Positions 30,044-39,672 of a stretch of DNA of 64,000 nucleotides are shown here, in pieces (the stretch's first letter is position 1; every line of letters starts with the position of its first letter). The notes beneath the pieces were generated by a model. It searched no databases. It was not told where the DNA came from and was given only the letters and a program-made list of their open reading frames with translations. Made by a program: the position numbers and the translations under genes. This DNA comes from a bacterium (GTDB lineage Bacteria > Margulisbacteria > Marinamargulisbacteria > GCA-2716485 > JAYNIM01): contig JAYNIM010000007.1 of the NCBI GenBank assembly GCA_038109055.1, forward strand, positions 5,923-69,922, given 5' to 3'.

Positions 30044-31315
30044 TCAAGACACATCAAAACGTGACCGAAGCATGTGACAAAGCAAGTCACAATGCTTAAA
30101 CAAATCAACTGAAGAAACAGCATTTTCCTTTGCTAAAGAATCAATCAAAGGTAACAAGTTTCCCCTCTCAAACTCATCTAAAAGAAAAAAACTAGAAAAT
30201 CGATTTAAATCCGCCTGATAATACATTTCTAACAAGGGATAATTTTTAAAAACATCAGGAGAAGAAACAACTACTTTTTGCATCAATTGTTTATAGGTAT
30301 AACGTTTTAGAAAAATTAAAAAACCTAATAGATAGTTGCGACATTGGCTTGCCAAATAATGAGGATGTGTCAAACGATGCTCCAAAAAGGACACATATCT
30401 GTTATAGTTTGTTGACTGTTTAAAATATTGCTCTATCACACTAAGAAAAATCTGCTTTTGCGATCTAAAATCTTCAAAAACACGACTATACTCCTTAAAA
30501 AATACCGATACTGCATCCAATAACTTATCCGGTTCATAATAAAAGGCTTGTATAACACCAAGTTCACTCATACCCGCCTTTGTATACGTCATGACCCACT
30601 TTTCATGATACTCTGAAAACAAATAACACAAATCTATGGGGACCAAAGATTCTGATTTAAAGACATAGTTTTCAAAATGACGATCACCACGCCCAATACA
30701 ATCGCCCAACGCAGCATGCCTAGCTAAACGTTCAACAAGCATAGTTGTCACAGAATTATAGGGCTGATACAACCATTTCTCCAAAGTAAAAGGTCCTGCA
30801 TACTCTGATAATTCCCATGCCCCCCTATCATTTTTCAAATGATAACTTTCTAAGTATACCCAGCCCAACGCTTTAAGCAATCCTGTCATAAAACAATGAG
30901 TATGCATAGATTCCTGTTTTAATACAAAAGAGCCAGACAAAAAATGCATTAAATAAACAGAATGACCCGCTCCAATATCGTAGACATCCTTCAGATCTGA
31001 AAAACACAAAGAACTAAGTGACTGATGATCAGAAAACAAGGCCCACAATGAAACATGTTGTAGTTTTTCCTTAATCAAGGACAAACGTTGTAATTTAGAC
31101 AAGGAATTAAAAAAAGACTGTCTCGCTTCCACTTGTTCCAATCCGTATAACACCCCTTCCCCTGGAGGACGATGCAAGGCCAAAGAAAAAACAGAGGGGT
31201 TTTTCAAATAGCTCAATAAATAATCATCAGAAAATGCAGACAATAACGATCTAAAGGTAAATTTACAGGCGAACTGTTTTTGATAGGCAGTCACATAGGC
31301 AATAAAATCAATCAT
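30044..31315 (-). CDS. Putative PI3K/PI4K-like (HipA-superfamily) kinase
   Basis: IGAGHSV loop, FVLKQE, LGDCIGRGDRHFENY catalytic loop, PIDLCY; ATGA-coupled to nnrD. Confidence 0.7.
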   Translation of the reverse strand: MIDFIAYVTAYQKQFACKFTFRSLLSAFSDDYLLSYLKNPSVFSLALHRPPGEGVLYGLEQVEARQSFFNSLSKLQRLSLIKEKLQHVSLWALFSDHQSLSSLCFSDLKDVYDIGAGHSVYLMHFLSGSFVLKQESMHTHCFMTGLLKALGWVYLESYHLKNDRGAWELSEYAGPFTLEKWLYQPYNSVTTMLVERLARHAALGDCIGRGDRHFENYVFKSESLVPIDLCYLFSEYHEKWVMTYTKAGMSELGVIQAFYYEPDKLLDAVSVFFKEYSRVFEDFRSQKQIFLSVIEQYFKQSTNYNRYVSFLEHRLTHPHYLASQCRNYLLGFLIFLKRYTYKQLMQKVVVSSPDVFKNYPLLEMYYQADLNRFSSFFLLDEFERGNLLPLIDSLAKENAVSSVDLFKHCDLLCHMLRSRFDVS

Positions 31316-32193
31316 AAAGAACTCAGTTTCATCCATGCTTTTGGCAACATATCGCTAACATCAGACGCAATCAAACAAGGTCCTTTCTCCTCAGACACCA
31401 AATCTCCAGCCAAGCCATGAAGATACACACCTAAACATGCCGCTTCATAAAACAACATCCCTTGCGCAAGTAAAGCAAGAATAATACCAGACAATACATC
31501 GCCTGTCCCAGCTGTAGCCAATGCCGGCCCCCCTGTCCTATTTTTCTGTGTACGTTTTCCATCAGAAACAACCGTATTAGCACCTTTTAAAACAAGTACT
31601 TGATCAACATCAGCAGCCCAAAATTGACATCGTTCTTGGCGAATATGCGAATCAAACACAATATCAGCTTCTTCTGAAAAAAGACGACGAAACTCACCGA
31701 CATGAGGCGTCAAAATAAAACGTTGTCCAAGAGCTTGTCTTAAAAGAACAATATCCAAACAATACAAGGCATCCGCATCTAATAACGTACAAAAAGAAAA
31801 CTCCTTCCAATACGAAGAAACAGCCGTTAACAAACCATAGGTATCTTCACTACGCCCCAAACCAGGCCCCATCCCAAAAGCGTCAAAACGATATTCCTGA
31901 ATATAGTCTCGAATCATTGGGGCTGATTCAGGTAATAAAAAACCAGCATCTGATACCAACAAAGGTAATACAATCAGCTCTGGACACTGCGCTTGTATCT
32001 CTGCCGAAACATCCGGCAATGTCATCAAATAAACCAATCCAGCACCTGCTCGTAATGCAGCTTTAGACGCTAAAATTGCTGCACCTAACATAGATCTTGA
32101 ACCAGCTACCAACCCCACCCGACCACAGTCTCCCTTGTGAGCATACAACGAACGTAGTGGCAATAATTGTTGATAATCTTTCTCTTTCATCAT
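31312..32193 (-). CDS. nnrD: ADP-dependent NAD(P)H-hydrate dehydratase, standalone
   Basis: HKGDCGRV..AGS..M.GA, GPGLG, LDADAL, LTPH.GEF, LATAGTGDVLSG. Confidence 0.95.
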   Translation of the reverse strand: MMKEKDYQQLLPLRSLYAHKGDCGRVGLVAGSRSMLGAAILASKAALRAGAGLVYLMTLPDVSAEIQAQCPELIVLPLLVSDAGFLLPESAPMIRDYIQEYRFDAFGMGPGLGRSEDTYGLLTAVSSYWKEFSFCTLLDADALYCLDIVLLRQALGQRFILTPHVGEFRRLFSEEADIVFDSHIRQERCQFWAADVDQVLVLKGANTVVSDGKRTQKNRTGGPALATAGTGDVLSGIILALLAQGMLFYEAACLGVYLHGLAGDLVSEEKGPCLIASDVSDMLPKAWMKLSSL

Positions 32194-32362
32194 TTTGATT
32201 CCTGAGTCAGAATGATGTTACCATAATTTTATAATGTTCAAAACAAAAGCTTTGATTCTTCATTCAAGATCTCAATATCTTCTAGGCTAAATGACAGATA
32301 AAAAAAAATCACCTTAATCATCAATATTAAAATATAGGTGACATAAATAATCTTAATTAAAC

Positions 32363-32707
32363 ATGTTAAACAAGAAAAAAAAGCAAGGTATTCTCATAAT
32401 CACAAGTATCTCCGATATCCATCAAGCAGAAACATTAGCAAAAAAATTACTTAAAAAAAAATTAGCAGCTTGTATACAACTGATCCCCAAAATAGTAAGC
32501 CTATATCACTGGAAAAACAGCATACAAAAAGATCAAGAAAGTCTCCTACTCATAAAAAGTACAGAGGCAAACTTTAAAAAAATAGACACATTCATTAAAA
32601 AAGAACACCCCTACGAGCTGCCAGAAATCATAAGTATCCTGATTAATGAAGGAAACCAAGATTATCTAAACTGGCTATATCAACACTGTCTCATCCCTGA
32701 AAAGTAA
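32363..32707 (+). CDS. cutA: Divalent-cation tolerance protein CutA
   Basis: LAACIQ, S.Y.W, E..LLIKS, HPYELPEII, YL.W. Confidence 0.95.
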   Translation: MLNKKKKQGILIITSISDIHQAETLAKKLLKKKLAACIQLIPKIVSLYHWKNSIQKDQESLLLIKSTEANFKKIDTFIKKEHPYELPEIISILINEGNQDYLNWLYQHCLIPEK

Positions 32708-32718
32708 AAAATATACGC

Positions 32719-34170
32719 TTATTTTAGCTTATGCTTCTTAGTGTCCTTTTCTAAAGATCCAGATTGAACAGTGACTTTTTTGTCTTTTTTCTCCTCTAGC
32801 TGACGGATATATTTCTGAATTTGTTGCACTTCAGGCTGACGCTTTAATTGAGAAAATTTTTCCTTTAACGGCTCAAGCAAATCCAAGCGATACTCTGAAA
32901 AAGATAAGGCTTTTCTGTAATAATCCAAAGAAGAACGAGAATCTTTCATAATTTCAAAATATTGCCCCAATACAAAAAAAAGTTCTGGAAACTGAAAGCC
33001 TTTTAATAAACCAACTTTAACTTCTGCCTTCAAAAGTTCATCTTTAGCATTATCATAGTCCTGAATACCTAAATATAATTTACCCAAAAAATAATGCGGC
33101 ATCGGATTTGAAACTTGCTGCGAACTCAACAAACGATACGCAGCAATAGCTGAGTCAAAATCCCGTCGTTTCTTAGCATCGATAGCCTGAAGAGTCATAT
33201 CTTGAATTTGCAAAGGATTCTCTAATAAAAAAAACGATACATACTGAGAAAGCGCACGAGACTTTAATGCTGACGTTAATTGATCTTTATAAGAAGATTC
33301 TTCATAGTCCTTAGGTGCTGGAATCCGTTTACTATCCAGACTCTGAACAATAAAATAAGCATCTCCATACGAAATAGGCTGCGAAACTTCATTCTTATCT
33401 AAAACATAGGCCACTTTTTGAACAGAAAAAGGCAATTCACCATAGCCAATCCAATTAGATTCAGAAGAAACCTTAACAAAAGCCTCTTCATCAGAGAAAA
33501 AAGAGTCTACCTCAGAGAACAACATCCCTGACTTCAAGCGATCAGACAAGTCTTGTATCTGTTTACTCACATCAGCTCCCTTTTTAGGGTTAACATATAA
33601 ATAGCGCAATTTTAAAGACCTAAAGGATTGTTCTATATCTTGTTTATCCAAACTAACAGGAGCCTGCAAAAACATTGTAAACTTTCGAGCTAAAATAGTT
33701 CGTTTTAATTCTTTTTTAAAAGAAGAAAAAGAGCGCCCCTGTTCCTTAAGAAAAGATTTCAATGCTTTTTTATCCTTCAAATCATAATACATAATTAATT
33801 CTTGAAACGCTTGTGCCCAATCTCGTTTCGTCACCTTTATTTTTTTAGAAACAGCGGCTTGATAAAAGACTTCATCCTGCAATAATTTAATAAGCACCTG
33901 ATACTGCAACAATTCAATCACATCAGGGGAAACCTTCAATTTTCCATCTACAACATACCCTCCCAACTGCTGAGACAAAAACTGACGATACTGTTGTTCC
34001 GATACTGAATAATCACCAAAACGAGCCACCGCTTCAGAGCGAACATCAACGGACGAAGACTCGCCACCAGAAAATTTCGACAAATACGCGCCTGCAAACA
34101 ACGTTAAAACAAAGGCTATCACAATAACCCAAACAAATACTGCTGCCTTTTCACGAAAAAATCTTAACAT
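32719..34170 (-). CDS. SurA/PpiD-like membrane-anchored chaperone with C-terminal TPRs
   Basis: ML.FFRE...VW.IVIAFV N-anchor, SurA-N helical region, degenerate parvulin (GELP...EVSQPI), TPR-like C-terminus. Confidence 0.75.
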   Translation of the reverse strand: MLRFFREKAAVFVWVIVIAFVLTLFAGAYLSKFSGGESSSVDVRSEAVARFGDYSVSEQQYRQFLSQQLGGYVVDGKLKVSPDVIELLQYQVLIKLLQDEVFYQAAVSKKIKVTKRDWAQAFQELIMYYDLKDKKALKSFLKEQGRSFSSFKKELKRTILARKFTMFLQAPVSLDKQDIEQSFRSLKLRYLYVNPKKGADVSKQIQDLSDRLKSGMLFSEVDSFFSDEEAFVKVSSESNWIGYGELPFSVQKVAYVLDKNEVSQPISYGDAYFIVQSLDSKRIPAPKDYEESSYKDQLTSALKSRALSQYVSFFLLENPLQIQDMTLQAIDAKKRRDFDSAIAAYRLLSSQQVSNPMPHYFLGKLYLGIQDYDNAKDELLKAEVKVGLLKGFQFPELFFVLGQYFEIMKDSRSSLDYYRKALSFSEYRLDLLEPLKEKFSQLKRQPEVQQIQKYIRQLEEKKDKKVTVQSGSLEKDTKKHKLK

Positions 34171-34179
34171 TTACACACC

Positions 34180-35073
34180 TCAAGAATTAATTTTTTTTGA
34201 ATCTAATGTTTTAGAAATAGATAAATATGCCCCCAATAATCCCAAAAAAGAACCCGTAATCATCAATACAAGATACACTTGATAAAAGACATTTTTATCT
34301 ACAAATAAAGGAAAATACGGAAAATTAGCTTGTACCTTTACAAGAAAAAAACCAAAGAAAATATTCAAAATTACTGAGGCGCTTAAGGCTCCCATAAATC
34401 CTAAGAATAGTCCCTCTAAAAGAAACGGCACCCGTATAAAGGAATCTCCCGCTCCAACTAATGCCATAATATCAATTTCATTTTCTCTAATCATAACCGT
34501 CAACCTAATAGTATTAACTACTATCATCAAGGTTGCTAAGGTTAACACACAAACCAAAAAAACCCCAATAACACGCACCAACAAAGAAAAATGCTCAATC
34601 TGCTTAGCCAATCCTCCCCCATAAACAATTTCATCAATAAAGGGTGAAATATCCTGTAATTCACGCGCAATCTTAAACAAATCTTGCTGCGGCTTAAGAA
34701 AAATCTGAAATGAATGTGACAATGGATTTTTTTGAACAAACGTTGCCAATGCCAACTGAGGATAACGCAATTGGAACTGCGCCCAAGCCTCCTTTTTATC
34801 TAAAAAAAACAATTCTTTAATACCAACATGAGAGTCTAGTAAAACTGACAACTGCTGAATTTGCTGCAATGAAAGATCTTTTTTTAAGAACAAACGCAAC
34901 TCCAATTTAGAAACAATTTCATCAGACAAACGGTTTAAATTAACAGAAATCAACAAAAAAACACCCAAAACAACCAGGGATAATGTAATCGTCACGACTG
35001 CAATACCCGCCATCAAAAAAGATCGTTTAATTCCTAAAAAAGCTTCCCCAATAAAAAAAAACAATTGCCTCAT
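34180..35073 (-). CDS. ftsX: Cell division permease FtsX
   Basis: NPL, NTIRLTV..R.NEI.IM.LVGA...FIR.PFLLEG. Confidence 0.95.
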   Translation of the reverse strand: MRQLFFFIGEAFLGIKRSFLMAGIAVVTITLSLVVLGVFLLISVNLNRLSDEIVSKLELRLFLKKDLSLQQIQQLSVLLDSHVGIKELFFLDKKEAWAQFQLRYPQLALATFVQKNPLSHSFQIFLKPQQDLFKIARELQDISPFIDEIVYGGGLAKQIEHFSLLVRVIGVFLVCVLTLATLMIVVNTIRLTVMIRENEIDIMALVGAGDSFIRVPFLLEGLFLGFMGALSASVILNIFFGFFLVKVQANFPYFPLFVDKNVFYQVYLVLMITGSFLGLLGAYLSISKTLDSKKINS

Positions 35074-35762
35074 ACAGAAAGAACCTCAGCATAAGTACCA
35101 AATTGCTGATCACGAATAATAGTACCTTTATTCAAAACCACAACACGTTTTCGCATTTTATTAACAATCATTTGATCATGAGTGGCCACCAAAACAGTGG
35201 TATGACGAGCATTAATCTTACTTAATAGCTGTATGATTTCTTCTGAGGCATCTGGATCCAAATTGCCCGTTGGTTCATCTGCCAATAAAATAGCCGGATT
35301 ATTCACAATAGCTCTAGCAATACAAAGACGTTGTTGCTCACCTCCAGATAAATTACCTGATATATCATAAATCCTATGTTGTAACCCCACTAAATCCAAC
35401 ACCTGTCGAACCTGACTTGAAATTTGTCTACGAGAAAAATTTAAAATACGCAAGGCATATGCAACATTTTCAAAAACGCTACGGTTTAATAATAATTTAA
35501 AATCTTGAAACACAAAACCAATATTTCGTCGAAGGTAGGGAATTTGATACGATTTCAAATGGTTCAGACAAACATTATCAATATAAACATACCCAGAGGT
35601 AATAGACTCAAGCAGAAAAAAAATATTTAACAAAGAAGACTTACCCGAACCAGAAGGGCCAACCAAAAAAACAAATTCATTTTCTCCAATAAATAAATCT
35701 AACTCCTTAAATAATTCATATCCATTGGGATAAACTTTTGTTAATTTTTTAATTTGAATCAC
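35070..35762 (-). CDS. ftsE: Cell division ATP-binding protein FtsE
   Basis: GPSGSGKS, IPYLRRNIGFVFQDFKLL, LSGGEQQR, ADEPTGNLD; upstream of ftsX. Confidence 0.96.
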   Translation of the reverse strand: MIQIKKLTKVYPNGYELFKELDLFIGENEFVFLVGPSGSGKSSLLNIFFLLESITSGYVYIDNVCLNHLKSYQIPYLRRNIGFVFQDFKLLLNRSVFENVAYALRILNFSRRQISSQVRQVLDLVGLQHRIYDISGNLSGGEQQRLCIARAIVNNPAILLADEPTGNLDPDASEEIIQLLSKINARHTTVLVATHDQMIVNKMRKRVVVLNKGTIIRDQQFGTYAEVLSV

Positions 35763-36817
35763 AACAAAGACCTAAAAAAAGAAGCCCTCTGACCCCAAGA
35801 TAAAAAATCATTAAACAGAATAAAAACCATCAATAGCAACAAAATAGCCATAGCAACACCTGAAATTGTTTGATAAATCCGTTGAGGAATAGGCTTACCA
35901 GTCATCTGTTCAACCAATAAAAACATAAAATGCCCCCCATCCAATGCAGGAATAGGGAATAAATTAACCACCCCTAAAGAGATACTAATAATCGCCATAA
36001 AATGTAAAAAAACTAACAATCCTTGATCAAACTGAAAGGCCGCCATTTGTACAATCCCGACAGGTCCAGCCAAATCTTTAATCGCTGCCTTGCCAGAAAT
36101 TAACATATTCAAACTTTTGAACACCAAAGTCGTATAAAAAGTAACTTGTTTAACAGCATAAACAAGAGACGATTTCAACTGTAACGAAGAACGTTTAGAT
36201 GACAAAACAACACCAATTCTTGCCTCTTGTCCTGGCTCCATCAATCGAGGCACAATATCCACTGTTGAAACCAAAGAATCACGCATGTACGTTACTTGAC
36301 AAGACTTACCAGCTGAGTGAGAAATAGGCTGTATAAAATCACCCCTAACATCCTTAATCGGTACCCCATTAAATTCTACTAAACGATCTCCCATCTGAAG
36401 GCCCGCTTGTTGAGCCGCACTTCCTTCCACAACCATCGAAACAACCGGCAAAAGCTTAGGCACTCCAAAACAAAAAGCAAATAGCAAAAAAAAGATGAAT
36501 CCCGATAAAATATTCACACAAGACCCTGCTAAAATAATTGCCATTCGTGCTTTTGGTGATTTATTCAAATAACTTTCTTCTTTAGGATAAGAAACAGTCT
36601 CCGTATCATCCATACCCGCCAAACGAACATACCCACCAACAGGAAATAAGCGCAAAAAATAATGCGTATTCCCTAGCTTTTTACCAAAACATTTAGGTCC
36701 AAACCCAATACTAAATTCAAAAACACGAACACCTACATAACGAGCAACCAAATAATGCCCTAATTCATGAACAAAAATAACAAACCCTAAGGCTAAAAAG
36801 GTAACCAGAAATGCCAT
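35759..36817 (-). CDS. rseP: RIP metalloprotease RseP (M50, PDZ)
   Basis: HELGH, FSIGFGP, GGYV, PDZ (S.A..AGL..GD), NLFPIPALDGG. Confidence 0.96.
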   Translation of the reverse strand: MAFLVTFLALGFVIFVHELGHYLVARYVGVRVFEFSIGFGPKCFGKKLGNTHYFLRLFPVGGYVRLAGMDDTETVSYPKEESYLNKSPKARMAIILAGSCVNILSGFIFFLLFAFCFGVPKLLPVVSMVVEGSAAQQAGLQMGDRLVEFNGVPIKDVRGDFIQPISHSAGKSCQVTYMRDSLVSTVDIVPRLMEPGQEARIGVVLSSKRSSLQLKSSLVYAVKQVTFYTTLVFKSLNMLISGKAAIKDLAGPVGIVQMAAFQFDQGLLVFLHFMAIISISLGVVNLFPIPALDGGHFMFLLVEQMTGKPIPQRIYQTISGVAMAILLLLMVFILFNDFLSWGQRASFFRSLL

Positions 36818-36826
36818 TAATCACTA

Positions 36827-36855
36827 ATTTTAAGAAAAATAAAACGGCATGTCAA
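36827..36855 (-). promoter_or_regulatory. Sigma-70 promoter for rseP-ftsEX
   Basis: TTGACA (36855-36850), 17-nt spacer, TAAAAT (36832-36827). Confidence 0.75.
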
Positions 36856-36918
36856 AACAAAAAAACAGTTAAAAAAAACCTAGCCATATGTCCCCAATGA
36901 CTATATAGTAATAACTAG

Positions 36919-37632
36919 ATGAAAAATAAACCATTCCAACGAGTCTTACTAAAACTTAGCGGCGAAATGTTCAAAGGTGAACGAAATTATGGGATTGATC
37001 CAAAATTCTTAGATTTTCTTGCTCAAGAAATACATGATCTCAAAGAATTAAATATCGAAATTGGCATTGTTATTGGCGGAGGCAACATTTTCAGAGGCCT
37101 CGCTGCATCAATGAATGGTATGGACCGGGTAACAGCTGATTATACAGGCATGTTAGCCACGATTATGAATGCTCTAGCATTAAACGATGCCTTAAAAAAG
37201 ATTGGCCTTGAATCACGTGTTCAAAGCGCCCTAGAATTAAAAGAAGTCACCGAACCATTTATACTAGAAAAAACACTTCACCATTTCGAAAAGAAGCGAA
37301 TCGTTATTTTTGCAGGAGGAACCGGAAACCCCTATTTCACAACAGACACAACTGCCGCATTACGCGCGGTAGAAATCAAGTCTGAAGTTATACTAAAAGC
37401 AACTAAAGTAAACGGGATATACAACGAAGATCCAGAAAAATCCAAAAATGCAAAACAATACAAAACACTCACCTATCTAGATGTTATCAATCAAAAACTA
37501 AAAATCATGGACACCACCGCATTATCTCTTAGCATGGACAATCATATCCCCATCATCGTATTTAATCTCAATGAAAAGGGGAATATTAAAAGAGCAATTA
37601 ACAAAGAAACAATTGGTACACTCATTCAATAA
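36919..37632 (+). CDS. pyrH: UMP kinase
   Basis: RVLLKLSGE, GGGNIFRG, GTGNPYFTTDT.AALRA. Confidence 0.98.
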   Translation: MKNKPFQRVLLKLSGEMFKGERNYGIDPKFLDFLAQEIHDLKELNIEIGIVIGGGNIFRGLAASMNGMDRVTADYTGMLATIMNALALNDALKKIGLESRVQSALELKEVTEPFILEKTLHHFEKKRIVIFAGGTGNPYFTTDTTAALRAVEIKSEVILKATKVNGIYNEDPEKSKNAKQYKTLTYLDVINQKLKIMDTTALSLSMDNHIPIIVFNLNEKGNIKRAINKETIGTLIQ

Positions 37633-37642
37633 GAATAAATAA

Positions 37643-38185
37643 ATGAAAGACGTCACTGAAAAGATGGAAAAATCAATAGAAAAAATCAAAGAGCGCCTCA
37701 ATGGCGTTCGGGGAAACAGAGCCAATACGGACATGCTTAATCAAATCAAAGTGGACTGCTACGGAAGTATGATACCTCTCATGCAATTAGCAAGCATTAC
37801 CATTCCAGAACCACGAATATTTCTGATAAATGTATTTGATAGAAATAACATCCAAGCAATAGAAAAAGCAATTTCAAGTAGTAATCTAGGCTTCAATCCT
37901 CAAAGTGAAGGAAGTATCATTCGTCTTACTTTACCCGAACTAACAGAAGAGCGCCGTAAAGATCTTGTCAAAGTAGTCTCAAAATATTGTGAAGAAGGCA
38001 AAATAACCATTAGAAATATTCGTAGAGACGCTCTTGATAAACTAAAAAATGAAAAACAAAACAAAGAAATTTCAGAAGACGATGCAAATAAAAAACAAAC
38101 CTTAATACAAAAGGAAACCGATAACTTTATTCAGCAAATTGATACGATAAAAACAAAAAAAGAAAACGACCTTTTACAACGTTAA
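37643..38185 (+). CDS. frr: Ribosome recycling factor
   Basis: R.NRA, LGFNP, PELTEERRKDLVK, IRNIRRD. Confidence 0.97.
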   Translation: MKDVTEKMEKSIEKIKERLNGVRGNRANTDMLNQIKVDCYGSMIPLMQLASITIPEPRIFLINVFDRNNIQAIEKAISSSNLGFNPQSEGSIIRLTLPELTEERRKDLVKVVSKYCEEGKITIRNIRRDALDKLKNEKQNKEISEDDANKKQTLIQKETDNFIQQIDTIKTKKENDLLQR

Positions 38186-38194
38186 AAATTTCAC

Positions 38195-38905
38195 ATGTCT
38201 GAGAAAGAAAATACCACTTTAAAAATACCTCAGCACATGGCTATTATCATGGATGGCAATGGTCGCTGGGCAAAACAAAAAAATAAGCTGAGGTCTCACG
38301 GACATCAAGAAGGAAGTAAAGCCTTAGAAAGATGTATCGAATATTGTATAGAATTCAATATAAAATATCTTTCTGCTTATACCTTTTCAACAGAAAATTG
38401 GAATCGTCCAAAAAAAGAAATCGATTTTCTAATGACACTATTATATAACTCAATAAACAAACAAATCCCCAAATTGAAAGAAAAAAAAATAAACCTAAAT
38501 TTTTTTGGATCACTAGAAAAATTATCCCCAAAAATACAAACCCTAATTAAAACAACACAACAATATCATCAACAAAATCCCAAATTAACCTTAAACATAC
38601 TCTTAAGCTATGGCTCTAAAGCAGAAATCCTTAATGCATGTAAATCACTCCTAAATAAAAAAATAAACCCTCAAGATCTAACAGAAGAGATGTTCACTAA
38701 TCATCTATGGACAAAAAACATCCCTGAACCTGACATTTTAGTCCGAACAGGCGGTGAATACCGAATAAGTAACTTTATGTTATGGCAATGTGCCTATACT
38801 GAACTCATATTCATAAAAGAAAACTGGCCTGATTTTTCTAAACAAACGTTCACAAACATTTTAAATATCTACAACAAACGCCAACGTCGTTTCGGCAGAC
38901 TATGA
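38195..38905 (+). CDS. uppS: Undecaprenyl diphosphate synthase
   Basis: HMAIIMDGNGRWA, FSTENWNRP, RTGGEYRISNFMLWQ. Confidence 0.98.
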   Translation: MSEKENTTLKIPQHMAIIMDGNGRWAKQKNKLRSHGHQEGSKALERCIEYCIEFNIKYLSAYTFSTENWNRPKKEIDFLMTLLYNSINKQIPKLKEKKINLNFFGSLEKLSPKIQTLIKTTQQYHQQNPKLTLNILLSYGSKAEILNACKSLLNKKINPQDLTEEMFTNHLWTKNIPEPDILVRTGGEYRISNFMLWQCAYTELIFIKENWPDFSKQTFTNILNIYNKRQRRFGRL

Positions 38906-39672
38906 TCAAAAAAAGGATCCTTTCAAGTCTCTTCCTAATCACAATCATTACCCCACTACTATTCGTAAATAATCTTATATTTATCCTCGTAACATTATCA
39001 ATCCACTTACTCATTGTCCACGAATTATCTACTGCAAGAAAAACCCCTCTTTTACACAAAATTCTAAGCTACAGTCTATTCTTAGGATGTTTTTTCAGCT
39101 TATTTACACTCCAACATCATCATTCAGCCACAACCCAATTCATACACATACTCATTTTAGCCACCATGACCCTATTCCTCTTCGAGTTATTTAATAAAAA
39201 AATAAGTTTCTTAAATACTCGTTATTTTTTAGCAAAACAAAGTATCTTATTAAGTATAATCAGCCTAAGCATGCTTCTTCTTTTTACAAAAAACAAGGTC
39301 CTATTCCTTTATTGTATTGCACTAACGGCAATAACAGATAGCAGTGCATATTTTTTTGGTAAAAAATTTGGTAAAACACAACTATCCCCAATTAGCCCTA
39401 AAAAAACAATTGAAGGATTTATATTAAGCTACCTAACAATCATCGGGATTATCTTACTAAGTACCCTTTGCAACCTAGTAACTCACAAAGAAAGCGTCAT
39501 CTTATGTTCAGTCCCTTTATTTGCCTTATTTGGAGACTTACATGAATCTCTAATCAAACGAAAACTAAAAATCAAAGACTCCTCTAACCTAATTCCTGGC
39601 CACGGTGGATTTTATGATCGTTTTGATAGCTATTTAATATGTTTACCCGTCGTTTTATTACTTCTACAATGA
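38902..39672 (+). CDS. cdsA: Phosphatidate cytidylyltransferase
   Basis: Multi-TM; DSSAYFFG, ISPKKTIEG, GDL.ES.IKR...IKDS..LIPGHGG..DRFDS. Confidence 0.96.
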   Translation: MIKKRILSSLFLITIITPLLFVNNLIFILVTLSIHLLIVHELSTARKTPLLHKILSYSLFLGCFFSLFTLQHHHSATTQFIHILILATMTLFLFELFNKKISFLNTRYFLAKQSILLSIISLSMLLLFTKNKVLFLYCIALTAITDSSAYFFGKKFGKTQLSPISPKKTIEGFILSYLTIIGIILLSTLCNLVTHKESVILCSVPLFALFGDLHESLIKRKLKIKDSSNLIPGHGGFYDRFDSYLICLPVVLLLLQ

